This document shows positions 36,870 through 55,639 of a stretch of DNA of 64,000 nt, one piece after another. A program made the translations under genes and the position numbers. How positions within the stretch are numbered: position 1 is the first letter of the stretch; each line of letters opens with the position of its first letter. A model generated the notes under the pieces. The model did not search any database, was not told the origin of the DNA, and was given only the letters and a program-made list of their open reading frames with translations. The stretch covers positions 15,602,532 through 15,666,531 of the forward strand of contig CM119263.1 in assembly GCA_051294375.1 (NCBI GenBank), in the 5' to 3' direction. This stretch comes from Paraspadella gotoi. Lineage: Eukaryota; Animalia; Chaetognatha.

Positions 36870-38119
36870 TCAGGACCTCGATCTCTCGATGGCTCCGCCC
36901 GACCGCCTCAGGTCTGCCTCTGCCTCCTCAACCGTCGTCAAACTTCTGGTGACCGGAAGAGACTTCGTCTTCGACTTTTGACGATAAGTTGTGTCCACGC
37001 CGATTCGCCGTCCGTCAGAACGAATCTGAGAAGTTTGCGCTTTTAGTCATTTGTTTGTTTTTTTTAAAAGAATCATCTATGGGTTAATGTGCTCTCGATT
37101 TGCAAAAAAAATAGAATTTATAATCCCCTATATAAAAAGTAATCAAACTGAGATCCGAAACCAACTCGCTTTTCAACGCCTTGGGCATCACCTTAGAAAC
37201 CTTGGTAGTTCGGTTGAAGAAGAGCCTCGCGCAAGATCCCGTCCTCCAGCAGAGAAGGAATTGGGCGATGAGGACGACGACGACACCACCCCAGATGAAA
37301 CCCATCCACAGCGCCACCGTCAGAACCGAGGGGGAGTGGCTGCGATGGACGGACGAGAAGAGAGAGATAATGATTAAAACAGTGGGATCACGAGTATATG
37401 GGAAAGAGATAAAGTGAAGGGGGAGGATTCAAAAAATCAAATGAGAGAGCGAAAAACGATACAACTCTAAATCGAATCATCGACGGGGATCCGGTTGAAA
37501 ACAAAAACGTAAACAGTTTTACCGTTTGATAACGTCCGCGCTATCGTCCTTGTTCCAAAGGCAGTCGAAAGTATTTTCCGTTAGCTCGGCGACGAGTCCG
37601 TCCACCTGAACGGATAGACGCATCGATCAACTTTTTAGTTTTTCGAATAATCGGGGAGAAAATTTGAATTAAAGCATCTTTTTTAAATGTTGAAAAAAAA
37701 ATATTTGGATTCGTATTTTATTGCGCTGCGGATTTCAACCTGTTTCTTGTTATCTTGGGCTTTGGAAAGGCATTCTACGGAAGCGGAGAAGGAGCAGGAA
37801 TCCACGAAAGATTTGGCGACGACGTCTTCGAAAATCACAGCCGTCGTCTCTTCCGTTGAATTGGCATCGATTTCTTGGAGGCTCACCTGATAAATAAAAG
37901 GATATAGAGCTTTCTCGAGAATGCGCTCTTCACAATTCAATTTTTTCCAAATATATTGTGACGCACGTAAACTCTGACGGTCGCGCAGGGAAAGGAGGAA
38001 TCGCAGCCGACGCCGCAGGAGCAGCCTTTGGGCGCCGCGAAGGAAACGTTGTAGAATCCGCAGGTGGCGGCGGCGTAGCGTTGAAAATCTTGAAGGGAAC
38101 GGAGGTTGACCATCGTCAC
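36870..38119 (-). CDS. BK (Slo) potassium-channel beta-subunit (KCNMB)-like protein; 5' exon(s) with TM1 missing
   Basis: Exons 38119-37967 (..ATCGFYNVSFAAPKGCSCGVGCDSSFPCATVRVY), 37886-37740 (..AVIFED..CSF..C), 37605-37523 (..TFDCLWNKDDSADVIKR), ~37341-37202 (TM2 VLTVALWMGFIWGGVVVVLIAQFLLCW) and 37026-36870. The Cys spacing CxCxxxCxSxFPCxxVxV..CS(F/Y)..FxC is typical of the KCNMB extracellular loop. Confidence 0.7.
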
Positions 38120-38511
38120 TGATGGCGAAGAGGAGAAGAGAGAAAAAAAATTAAGTTCACTCGAAATAATTCATTCGTTTGTGTTAAATCTTTTATCTGC
38201 AATTCGAATTTCCTTCCCAGCTTCTCCTCCTTTTCTTTATGATTTTCTTCCTTATCCCCTTTTCTTCTTCCTCTTTTCATATTTTTTATTTGAGCTCCAA
38301 AAACGTGCGATTTAAATTTATTTTTTATAAATATTTTTATCTTTTTAAACGTACTTTTTTAAAGGTGTTGTCCACGAAGACAGATGTCTGTCCCCGCGAC
38401 TAAAATAATTTAATCATTAAAAACATCGACACCAAAAAAGATTAATTTAAGTAAAGTGGGAATCATTTTTCATGCAGATGCATTAATAGATTAGTGCTAA
38501 TGAATTGTTTT

Positions 38512-38546
<35 letters not shown>

Positions 38547-38571
38547 NNNNNNNNNNNNNNNNNNNNNNNNN

Positions 38572-39690
38572 CGATGAACACGTTCGTCACCGTCTGGGAG
38601 GCAGGAGGGCGCGCGGTAAACGAAGGACGAAAATTAGAAGGAAGTTGAACGTATCTTAACTATCTTGCAAATGCTAATCAACAATTAGATCAACTATTTT
38701 CAATAATGACCCAAACAATTATTACTTGCACTGTGACGGTTCTTGCGACGACGTGGACGACGAGTGCGTGCCGGTTATGCCGATGACGAATATCACGAGT
38801 AGCAGACGATGAAGGCCGCCTTGTTGGGGGGTTGGTGGATTTCATGGAGTTGGGGTTGTGAGCTAGAAGGTCATCACCTCTTTTTTTTTTCTCTGTGTTA
38901 AGTTACATTTCTGGCATATAGCTTGTCTATTCATATGTTCGCTGGTTGTAATTTCTCACTATCAAACCCTCCGCGAAAATGTTCTCCTTGTTTACATAAT
39001 CTTGCGCGATAATGAAGAGCGGCTGTCGCCGCTGAAACGATCATTTAATGAATTATGGATAATCGTGGAGACGCGCTCTCTCTCGGGGGTTTATTAAAAA
39101 CTATAAACGTGAGATCGACGAACGATAAAAAAAAGATTTGACGTTTGTTACTGAATATTAAGGATAAGCGAATGCCCAGGCTAGCTGCATTGTTTATTAA
39201 TTCTGAAACCATTTGTCGCGACAGAGAATAGCGGACGAATGATATCGGATGTTTATTGTTTTAACCATCAATTAAAGTTACAAAAAAAAAAAAAATACGC
39301 ATAAGGATCACCTGCACTGCTAAATTGTCTGTTATCGAGATGTGGTGCTCCCCGGATCGAGATTCGTTGGTGGACATTGCCCACGACGCTGTGGACACCG
39401 GGTCCTGAAAAATATATTGCAATTTGTTGATAAGTAGACAATGAAAGAAACCAGGTATCATTAATCGTAAAAAAGTTTTTTAACTATTTGAAAATGAACG
39501 TTCTTGCTGGATTTATAGTTTTCGAAGAATGATTCAATAAATCAATTCAACTACCAATATTAACAGCCTAACTATTTAAATTTTGTATTAATATTCCCAT
39601 AAACATATTCGTTTTTCAAAACACTATTTACCGTTCGTATCAGAGCTCTCCTCGTAACCCATTCTCCGCCGATAGGGAAAAGTCCACCAT
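38572..39690 (-). pseudogene. Inverted partial copy of the GPCR 5' exons (N-terminus, TM1, start of TM2), truncated at an N-gap; probably an artefact
   Basis: These are reverse-complement copies of the exons at 49004-49061, 49288-49382, 49902-49998 and the start of 50132, with extra indels. Confidence 0.55.
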
Positions 39691-42600
39691 TAAATTTTAA
39701 TGCCACTTATTCTATTTATTCATTACCCATTGGGTCAATATAAACTGATTCTTTGCATTTCCTTTGTCATTTTTTTTTTATCGTAATTACGCTTGAAATT
39801 AAACAAAACGAAAATGACGTTTCAAAAAAAAATTAATTCGATCCAATTCAACTAACGTTTTTTATTTTTCGTAATTAATTACTGTTTAATAATCCACGAT
39901 ATCAAACGATTCCACAATCGCCATGGTGACAATAAAAAGCCTCTCACGCCGGAAATTGGGAAAACCGCGCGAGAGAAACGAGGTGTCGAGATGCCGAGGA
40001 GGAGGAGGAGCTGGAGGAAGAGGAATATGCTAAAGTCGAACGAAAAGGGGCGAGGAAGAGAAGGATGAATCGGGAGGACAAACGCCCGGGAGGGTGACAG
40101 AATGAGGAAAATGAGCGAGAGAAGAGAAGTGGATTGAGTCTCGCGTTCTCAGAGGCAGAGGTCTTATATTTCCTCGCTCCATCGTTTCGTCATTGTTTCG
40201 CCAGAAAAGCCTCTGGAAATTACGGCGGTCGTTAGTTTAGACGTCGCTGGGAAAACTGGGAAAGCATGATAATTACGTGTGGGCGACAGTTGACCGAACG
40301 ACGACGTTTGAATACGGGAGAATCGTGATATGGAGGCCTTTCTGTTGGAAAACGGCCGTTGAGTTCGTAATGCAGCTTCAGCACCGACATCTATTGGAAA
40401 AAGAAAGGAAGTTTCTTGCCCCTAGATCAAAGACCATAAACGGAGCCGTCGGGGCACGAGGGAGGCAATACCAGGGCCATAATTCTTGTTTGTCTCAGAG
40501 TCATGATTTTGGCAGAAGATTGAGTAGATTAATAGTTTGATTTGGTCTTTACATGCCAATGATATAATAGCTTAAAGAAAACAAATGTTCGGGGTACATA
40601 TACTAAAGCGCAAGAAATATGAAACAGTTCAAAAATCGTTGCCAAAATAGTAATTCAAAGCTGAGTCTGGCATTCAATAGTATCACTTAAACATTGAATC
40701 AGTACCCGATTTATTCGATTAGTAATTTTAATATAAATAAAGACCTTCTAAGAGTCAGTCAAGAAGGCCATCCATTGATATTAGATTCTTTCTGATAAAT
40801 GAAGAACTTTTTAAATTCAACTGCTTGAATGAAATTTTAACTTAACCTGATTTTTCGCGTTCATGCCTCTATTAATTTTTATGTTTGTTGATTTTATATT
40901 TGCATCGTTTAGGTGCACTTTCATCAGTTAGATTCGTAGTGAATCTTACATAACTAAAGATTTTGTCATGACTAAACAGTACGAGTATTGTCTCCTCTAC
41001 TAACCTAGTGTTACTTTTACTAATTTTTACAACATTGACAATCTTTATGTACCCATAACTATGTTCCTAAAAAATGATAAACGAAGCTTATGGTGTAGTT
41101 TCCTATATGGGGACACGTCAATGATTACTACAGGCCGATTTGCATTGAAAAGGCGCAAATCTTCTGCTCAAAACGAGTTTCACAGTTGTCGAACAAATTG
41201 AAATTTTTAAAATAATTTACGTTAAAATGTAATCTCCGTTGAACCTTTCGCGTCACGACTCACGATGCTCGTCTTAGATTAAGATTTTGTTTTTCTCTTT
41301 GCTCTCTTCCTCGCAGAAGTAATTAAAATAAATCGTTTTCCATTTTTGAACCACTCCGTACGAATATAGATTTGATTAACGTAGATAAAATGATGTCCGT
41401 TCTTGGTTTTTACAAAAACTCACTTTTTAAAAATTTTTTAATACTTTGATAATAGTGACTGTTTTTTCGCCTATTTTTTTCGAATAGATTGAACTTTACA
41501 TTATTAAAATTAAATATGTTTCGGCCAGGATATTATATTTATTTTATTTCTCCTTTTATTTACTTTTTTTTTTGCCAGGTGGACGGGTGGGAGAGTTTTA
41601 AACGAAATTGCATTATAGTTTTTATAATAAATCAGACTACTTGTATGTACTTACTTATTTCTTTGACAACCGTATGTCTAAATCTCCGTGGTTTAAGTTC
41701 GTTTAAAGGGCGGCAACCGTATAATAGAATAAATAAAACAAATTACGATGAAAATGAAAGAGTGAGGAATGCACAGAAAGAGAAGAAGAGAATAAAGCAG
41801 GTAGAAAGATAGTGAGAGCGAGACCAATTCAAGTCGAAGGAACAAAGAGTATTTCTCCTCCTTTACGACAATGACCACTTTTATTGTTCGGAAACTACAA
41901 TTCATGGCCTCCTTAAGCTAAGCGAAAATGAAAAGGAGACTCAGGACTGAGAACGACTTTAAATCGATCTAGCGTTTCTCTTTCTTGCACCTGAGAAAAT
42001 GACGAGAGACAAAAGCCTTTTCTCTCTCTTTTTTCTTTTCTCTTTTCTTGCACTGAAAAATGACGAGAGACAAAAGCCTTTTTCCTCTCTTTTTTTTCTT
42101 TTCTTTTTCTTGCAATTCTCTTGGAAATACGTCGAGATCTTTTTCCTCTCTCTTTTCTCTTTTCTTTTTTGCACTTAAAATGCAACACTTTCCTCTCTCT
42201 TTTTTTTTTTTTTCTTTTTCTCTGTCACCTCTAGAACTTCGGAGACAAGTCTTCTTTTTCCTCTCTCTTTTTCTTTTCTCTTTCTCACCTTGAGAAATGC
42301 GACTTTCCTCTCTCTATTTTTCTTTTTCTTTTTCCTCTCTTTTCCTCTCTTTTTTTTTCTTTTTCTTTCTTTCTCTTTTTTTCTCTTCTCTCTTTTTTCT
42401 TTTCTTTTTCTCTTTCTTCTCTTCTCTTTCTTTTTTCTTTTTTCTTTTCTTTCTTTTTCCTCTCTCTTTTTCTTCTTTTTCTTTCTCTCTCTTTTCCTTT
42501 CTCTTTCTTTTCTCTCTCTTCTCTTCATATTGCTGTTGTTTCTCAACGTTTAACCAAAGTGATTCTAAGACTAAATAAATGCAATAGTTCTTTGAATTTT

Positions 42601-43805
42601 TTTATAGTTTCTTTCGTTATGCTTAGATTGTTCGATACTCTATCTCAATTAGAGTCCACAATTCAATGTTCAAAGTTTGATTTGCGATCACCTTTCAAAT
42701 TGAATTCATATTTCTGAGATCTTTCAATGATCACAACATTTTTAATGCAAGAGCATTATATTTTAATAATAACATTGTTTTTTACGATTATGTTTAAGAC
42801 TACACATTTTTATTTTGATGTAGTGTAGAAAACTTAAAAATTCTCATTCAGATTTAGGTTTACTAATTTTAAAACATCAATTTAGTGTATTCTTTTTAGC
42901 TCTATAGAATCTAAAAAACAAATCTCAAATTCATAATAGCAATATTTTTGCATACTCTGTCGGAACATTTTCATTAACATAAACCAGTAGCCGTTCCCTT
43001 AAATTGTGGTCGGCTCGCTAACTATATCTCAATAGATCAATCATTCATTTTTCAGTCTTCTCCTTGTTATTTTTTCTTTCCAATCACACATTTTCTACCG
43101 TTTTATTTCTGAGTTAATGTATACTAATTATTTATTTAAATCTCATTTCTTCTATCGCTTCCGCTCCCGTCATTTATTGTCGTCAATCTTTTATATATTT
43201 TTGTTTCTTCAATTTTGTTCCGCCTTCATGACGTAATTGACTTTACCTTTCTTTTGCAATTCCTTCTTTCATATTCTCTGCTCACAGTCCCTTTCTCTAC
43301 CCTTTCTTTCCATTTCCCTCTCCTATGCTACCTACCCTATGCCCTTTACTTTCTTTCCTTCCTTTCCCTTTCCTTTCCTTTCCTCTTCCTTTCCTTCCCT
43401 CTTCCTTCCTTCCTTCTCCTTCTCTTCCTTCCCTTCCCTTCCCTTCCTCTTTCCCTTCCCTTCCTTCCCTTCCTTCCCTTCCCTTCCTCCTTCCCTTCCC
43501 TCTTTCCCTTCCTTTCCCCCTTCCTTTCCCTTCCCTTTCCCTTCTCCCTTCCCTTCCCTTTCCCTTCCCTTCCCTTCTTTTCCATTTTTCTGTCCATTCT
43601 CCCATTCGTTCAAATCGAAACGTCCTTCCTTTCGTTTCCGCCTTCTCCTGCTTCCTGATGTTTTCGAAAGAAGGAATTAGAATCGGATACTTTATCTTCC
43701 TTTTTTTTTTTTTTGTTTCCTCCTTTTTTTTCTTCCGTCTTCCTCTCCCACCTTCGTTTCCCACTCGTGGTCAAGGAACTGTTCGTAAATCTCCCGGTCG
43801 ACCTT

Positions 43806-43904
<99 letters not shown>

Positions 43905-44580
43905 CATGTCTCTGTCATTAAATGAATGTCCTCGGGAACACGTTAATAGTACGTAAAATAAAAAATTAAAAAACTCGAAGTTTCCATCAACTCATGGCAT
44001 GATGTTCAAATTGAAATTACGTCTTCGATGTCAAACTTCGATCATGTTTATGACGACGATAATGACTACTTTCTGCAACAGACTGTTGGATATAAACACG
44101 TTTCTTCTGATTATGTTTTTCGCCGCAGGATTCACGGGTAGGAACATGGAAATTTGGGTGGGCATGCCGCGTGCGTACATGCGTGCGATGCATGCAAATT
44201 TGCCTTCGCGCGTTCGCTCGTTCTTTTCTTGCTTTATTTATTTCCGTCCTTTCTTTTGCTTTTTTAAATATTTAATTTCCTCTTTTTTTTTACTTTTCCT
44301 TCCCGCGAGCTTTCTTTCGAGTTAGTGAGATTCGTCACCGGCAGCAGTCTATTCCGTTCGTCGTAAGGGAACGTGGTTCGTCGTAACGGCCAGGTTTCGT
44401 CGTCGTAAAGGCAGGCTTGTTCGTTGTAAAGGCCAAGGCTGTCGTCGTAAAGGCCCCGGTTGTTCGTCGACTACGAACGATAAAAAAAATTCTTTGCTGG
44501 GAGTAGAGACGGTATTTGCCCCTTCTGTGAAAGAAGAGAGAGAGAGAGAAGAGAGAGATGAGAGAGAGAGAGAGAGAGGA

Positions 44581-44623
<43 letters not shown>

Positions 44624-44790
44624 AGGAAAAGAGATAATTATTTTTTTGAATTTATTCAATGGGGCTTAAGGTGCAAAATAAAACAATACGCCATGAAAAG
44701 CTTTTTCATTACATTTTAGTATAAGAATTTAGGCATTCATCATGAAATCTTTCCAATTTAGAAATTCATGCACGTATTTTTTATTTGCAA

Positions 44791-44876
<86 letters not shown>

Positions 44877-44906
44877 CCAGCAAAGAATTTTTTTTATCGT
44901 TCGTGT

Positions 44907-45024
44907 CGACGAACAACCGGGGCCTTTACGACGACAGCCTTGGCCTTTACAACGAACAAGCCTGCCTTTACGACGACGAAACCTGGCCGTTACGACGAAC
45001 CACGTTCCCCTTTACGACGAACGG
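44907..45024 (+). repeat. Degenerate ~21-bp-period array of CCTTTACGACGA units (mirror copy at 44354-44470)
   Basis: Five units CC(T/G)TTAC(G/A)ACGA are separated by variable 8-12-nt linkers. Confidence 0.65.
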
Positions 45025-45471
45025 AATAGACTGCTGTCGGTGACGAATCTCATAACTCTAAAGAAAGCTCGCGGGGAAGGAAAAAGTAAAAAAAAAGGAG
45101 GAAATTAAATATTTAAAAAAGCAAAAGAAAGGACGGAAATAAATAAAGCAAGAAAAGAACGAGCGAACGCGCGAAGGCAAATTTGCATGCATCGCACGCA
45201 TGTACGCACGCGGCATGCCCACCCAAATTTCCATGTTCCTACCCGTGAATCCTGCGGCGAAAAACATAATTAGAAGAAACGTGTTTATATCCAACAGTCT
45301 GTTGCAGAAAGTTGTCATTATCGTCGTCATAAACATGATCGAAGTTGACATCGAAGACGTAATTTCAATTTGAACATCATGCCATGAGTTGATGGAAACT
45401 TCGAGTTTTTTAATTTTTTATTTTACGTACTATTAACGTGTTCCCGAGGACATTCATTTAATGACAGAGAC

Positions 45472-45574
<103 letters not shown>

Positions 45575-46709
45575 CAAAGGTCGACCGGAGATTTACGAAA
45601 CAGTTTCCTTGACCACGAGTGGGGAAACGAAGGTGGGAGAGGAAGACGGAAGAAAAAAAAGGAGGAAACAAAAAAAAAAAAAAAGGAAGATAAAGTATCC
45701 GATTCTAATTCCTTCTTTTCGAAAACATCAGGAAGCAGGAGAAGGCGGAAACGAAAGGAAGGACGTTTCGATTTGAACGAATGGGAGAATGGACAGAAAA
45801 ATGGAAGAAGGAAGGAAGGGAAGGGAAAGGGAAGGGAAGGGGAAGGGAAAGGGAAGGGAAAGGAAGGAAGGGAAAGGGAAGGGAAAAGGGAAAGGGAAGG
45901 AAAAGGAAGGGAAAGGGAAGGAAGGGAAGGGAAGGAAGGGAAAGGGAAGGGGGAAGGGAAGGAAGGAGGGAAGGGAAGGAGGAAGGGAAGGGGAAGGGAG
46001 GGAAAGGAAAGGAAAGGTAAGGAAAGAAAAGTGAAGGGAAATTAAGGGTAGGGTAGCATAGGGCAGGGAAATGGAAAGAAAGGGTAGAGAAGGGACTGTG
46101 AGCAAGAGAAAAGTGGAAAGAAGGAAATGCAAAAGAAAAGGTAAAGTCAATTACGTCATGAAGGCGGAAACAAAATTGAAAGAAAATACAACTAAAAATA
46201 ATTTTAATTTACAACTAAAATTAGATTGAGCGACAAAAATAAATTGACAGGAGAGCGAGAACGCGAAATCAAGGGAATGGAAATGAGATTTAAGAAAGTA
46301 AATGAATTAGTAATAACTAAAAATTTAAGCTCAGGAAATAAAGAAACGGATAAGAAAATGTTGTGATATGAAGAAAGAAAAAAAATAAATCAAAGAGAAG
46401 AGATGATCTGAAACAGCTAATGAAATTATTGATATGACTCATAATTGAGAATATAGTATCGGAACAATCTAAGCATAACGAAACAAACTATAAAAAAAAT
46501 CAAAAAACTTTGCATTTATTTTAGTCTTAGAATCACTTTGGTTAACGTTGAGAAACAAACAGCAATATAGAAAAAAGTAGAGAGAGGAAAAAAAGAGAGA
46601 AAAGAGAAAAGAGAGAGGAAAAAGAAAAAGAAAAGAAAAAAGAGAGAGGAAAAAGAAAAAGAAAAGAAAAAAGAGAGAGGAAAAAGAAAAAGAAAAGAAA
46701 AAAGAGAGA

Positions 46710-46955
46710 GGAAAAAGCCTTTTGTCTCGCGTCATTTTCTCAAGGTGCAAGAAAGAGAAAAGAAAAAAAGAGAGGAAAAAGGCTTTTGTCTCTCGTCATT
46801 TTCTCAAGGTGCAAGAAAAAGAAAAGAAAAAAGAGAGAGGAAAAAGGCTTTTGTCTCTCGTCATTTTCTCAAGGTGCAAGAAAGAGAAAAGAAAAAAGAG
46901 AGAGGAAAAAGGCTTTTGTCTCTCGTCATTTTCTCAAGGTGCAAGAAAGAGAAAC
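46710..46955 (+). repeat. ~65-bp minisatellite, ~4 copies (degraded mirror at ~41975-42310)
   Basis: The unit GAAAAAGGCTTTTGTCTCTCGTCATTTTCTCAAGGTGCAAGAAAGAGAAAAGAAAAAAGAGAG is repeated in tandem. Confidence 0.8.
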
Positions 46956-49003
46956 GCTTCGATCGATTTAAAGTCGTTCTCAGTCCTGAGTCTCCTTTTC
47001 ATTTTCGCTTAGCTTAAGGAGGCCATGAATTGTAGTTTCCGAACAATAAAAGTGGTCATTGTCGTAAAGGAGGAGAAATTACTCTTTGTTCCATTCGATT
47101 GAATTGTCTCGCTCTCACTATCTTTTCTACCTGCTTTATTCTCTTCTTCTCTTTCTGCGCATTCCTCACTCTTTCATTTTCATCGTAATTGTGTTTTATT
47201 TATTCTATTATACCGGTTGCCGCCCTTTAAACGAACTTAAACCACGGAGATTTAGACATACGGTTGTCAAAAGAAATAAGTAAGTACATACAAGTAGTCT
47301 GATTTATTATAAAACTATAATGCAATTTCGTTTAAAACTCTCCCACCCGTCCCACCTGGCAAAAAAAAAGTAAATAAAAGGAGAAATAAAATAATATAAT
47401 ATCCTGGCCGAAACATATTTAAATTTTAATAATGTAAAGTTTCAATCTTATTCGAAAAAATAGCGAAAAAACAGTCACTATTATCAAAGTATTAAAAATT
47501 TTTAAAAAGTGAGTTTTTGTAAAAACCAAGAACGGACATCATTTATCTACGTTAATCAAATCTATATTACGTACGGAGTGGTTCAAAAATGGAAAACGAT
47601 TTATTTTAATTACTTTTCTGCGAGGAAGAGAGCAAAGAGAAAAAACAAATCTTAATCTAAGACGAGCATCGTGAGTCGTGACCGAAAGGTTCAACGGAGA
47701 TTCATTTAACGTAAATTAATTTTAAAAATTTCAATTTGTTCGACAACTGTGAAACTCGTTTTGAGCAGAAGATTTCGCCTTTTCAGATGAAACAAATAGG
47801 CTTCGTTCGGCTCGTGTCATGTTAAGTCATATTGTGGCGTGTCTCCTCCTACTCTAGGAAAAAAAACTAACCTCACCTAACCATTTAAAAAGCAAGCAGG
47901 CTGTAAAATATATATTAAAATTACTAATAATCAATCGTGGTACTTTCATGTTTTGCTCTAAAAGTATCAGTGATTTATTGAGTTCAACGATCTTTTCAAC
48001 TTCTTTTCATTATTCTCCTCTTGCTGCTCTTTCTACAAGAATTATCATGTTACCTCCAGAACAAATTTGTTTTCTTTTAAGCTATTATATCATTGGCATG
48101 TAAAGACCAAATCAAACTATTATCTACTCAATCTTCTGCCAAAATCATGACTCTGAGACAAACAAGAATTATGGCCCTGGTATTGCCTCCCTTGCGTGCC
48201 CCGACGGCTCCGTTTATGGTCTTTGATCTAGGGGCAAGAAACTTCCTTTCTTTTTTCCAATTACGAGTGGCGTTTCTGGTTTGGTGACTATGAAGCTGAC
48301 ACACTTAAAACAGAAGCTCAACGGCCGTTTTCTAACAGAAAGGCCTCCATATCACGATTCTCCCGTATTCAAACGTCGTCGTTCGGTCAATGTCGCCCAC
48401 ACGTAATTATTCCCACCCCATGCTTTTCGCCAGTTTTCCCAGCGACGTCTAAACTAACGACGCCGTAATTTGCAGAGGCTTTTCTGGCGACAACAATGAC
48501 GAGAACGATGGTAGCGAGGAAATATAAGACCTCTGCCTCTGGAGAACGCGAGAGCTCAATCCACTTTCTCTTCTCTCGCTCATTTTCCTCATTCTGTCAC
48601 CCTCCCCGGGCGTTTGTCCTCCCGATTCATCCTTCTCTTCCTCGCCCCTTTCGTTCGATTTAGCATATTCCTCTTCCTCCAGCTCCTCCTCCTCCTCGGC
48701 ATCTCGACACCTCGTTCTCTCGCGCGTTTTCCCATTTCCGGCGTGAGAGGCTTTTTATTGTCACCATGGCGATTGTGGAATCGTTTGATATCGTGGATTA
48801 TTAAACAGTAATTAATTTTACGAAAAATAAAAAACGTTAGTTGAATTGGATCGAATTAATTTTTTTTTGAAACGTCATTTTCGTTTTTGTTTAATTTCAA
48901 GCGTAATTACGATAAAAAAAAATGACAAGGAAAATGCAAAGAATCAGTTTAATATTGACCCAATGGGTAATGGAATAAATAGAATAAGTGGCATTAAAAT
49001 TTA

Positions 49004-53958
<4,955 letters not shown>

Positions 53959-54924
53959 AGACGCAACATTTCGCTACTACTATAAAACTATATTGTTATT
54001 TTTTTATATCATTTAAGAGGGATAGCGTAGTTAATAACTAACGCTGTCTATTACTAATGAGAAATCAAAGGACTTAACTCTATGCTCCCTTTTTGGTAGA
54101 AGCAGTAACACTTGGAGGAAGGTCGTCTCTCAGAATCTGCAGAGAAATTAGGATGGCACAATTAAGTGAGAAAATGAAATGTTGTATCCGGACGTACTCA
54201 AAAACCGGCAGTTCCCGTTAATGAGAATTATATGGTTTTTCTGATTGCAACCTTTGGCAAGTTTTTTACTTCATATCGATTCAGTAGAGCCTTTCCAAAT
54301 TGCGACAAATAAAAGTGAGCAAGAGATTCAAAATTGTGATCTGGCCATATAAGTTGAACTCCCTCTTAATAGTATTAACAATTATTTTAACTGTCCCACT
54401 AAACCCATCATTAACTTTATTCAAAAAGTTTTGGGACGGTAATTTTAGACCAAAATCCAAATGAAACCTACTCACCTACCTTGGGAGAGAAACACAAAAA
54501 TTCTCGCCATTGTTTTAGATAAATTTTCTCATTTTAATAGCATGTTTGACGATTTTTGTTTATTTTAGTTTTTACCTTTTGAGATACAATTAATTTCTTT
54601 GGAAATATGTATTTATTTTGCAAATAAACGAAACATTTTTAGGCGATTTCAGTAGAGAAAAATGGCACGAATATTTGTGTATCACTCATTAATCACCCTA
54701 ACTAGTTTTTGCCTGTTGTCAAAAGAAATAAAATGCAAACCTTTTCTTTATTTATTTGTCCTTTCAATGTTGTATCATCCTCTTAAATACTCGTGCTATT
54801 GAGGCTAAATGGAAATTAATACTTAGAAGAGTTTCTTTCCAAATAAGACCTTGGATTGACAAAAGAAACCATATTTTATTGATGTTATTGTTATTGTTTA
54901 AAACGATTAAATATATTAGTTATA

Positions 54925-55639
54925 AAGTGTGTCCCAATGGTACTGAGTGTTATCTTTTACTTATCGCGCAGAATTATGTTGTTAATTTTCATTTCTAATT
55001 TTCAAATATTTTTTTTATTTCAAAATAAATTTTAATGAAAAAATTATATAAAAATATTTTAAATAGATAAAATTATTTAAATTTTAATTTGTATAGAATA
55101 AGTGCATTAATAAAAAGAAATAAACTAATATTAAAAAAACCCCAAAAATTGTTAAAAATATGTTAATTAATTTTATATTTAAATTTTATTATTTAAAATT
55201 GTGAGCAATTGAATCATTAAGCCAGAACAAAATAGTTGCTATTTATTTAAAAAAGTAATATGAACAAGGTAAGTAGATAATTTTAAAAATAATGATTACT
55301 GCATTATAAAAAAGGTCTGGAGCTAAAAATATGAGGTAGTTTCTTACTGTCCTGCATCTAAAAAAAAGATTTAAAACATTATTTAATCAATATTATAAAC
55401 GTATTTGATAAAAATTAAAAACTATATAATTTAAATTTTAAAAAAATCAATGAAAACTTATTTTACAAATTGCTTTATGTAATAACTACAGGAGTTTGCT
55501 TTGTTCAATTTTTAAAATTTAGGTATCCTATAAAATTGTCCATTCTTGTGCGCATAATCATTATAATGAATTAAAGCTTATCGATCTGGTATAGGAGCAG
55601 TAAGCTTTTCTTAACAGACAGTACCATTGGGACACACTG
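54925..55639. mobile_element. Tc1/mariner-type MITE with ~20-bp TIRs and TA target site
   Basis: TA|aAGTGTGTCCCAATGGTACTG ... CAGTACCATTGGGACACACTG|TA, with an AT-rich non-coding interior. Confidence 0.8.

Noticed and set aside
42175-43921. Long ORFs rich in R/E/K/G or L/S/F/P (also at 27.5, 28.6, 29.4-30.6, 32.6-33.2 and 45.4-46.1 kb)
   Set aside because: They are translations of (GA)n, GAAA and GGAA simple repeats with no coding signal.
44160-44196. Alternating purine-pyrimidine, self-complementary stretch (Z-DNA candidate)
   Set aside because: It is short and imperfect, with no supporting context.
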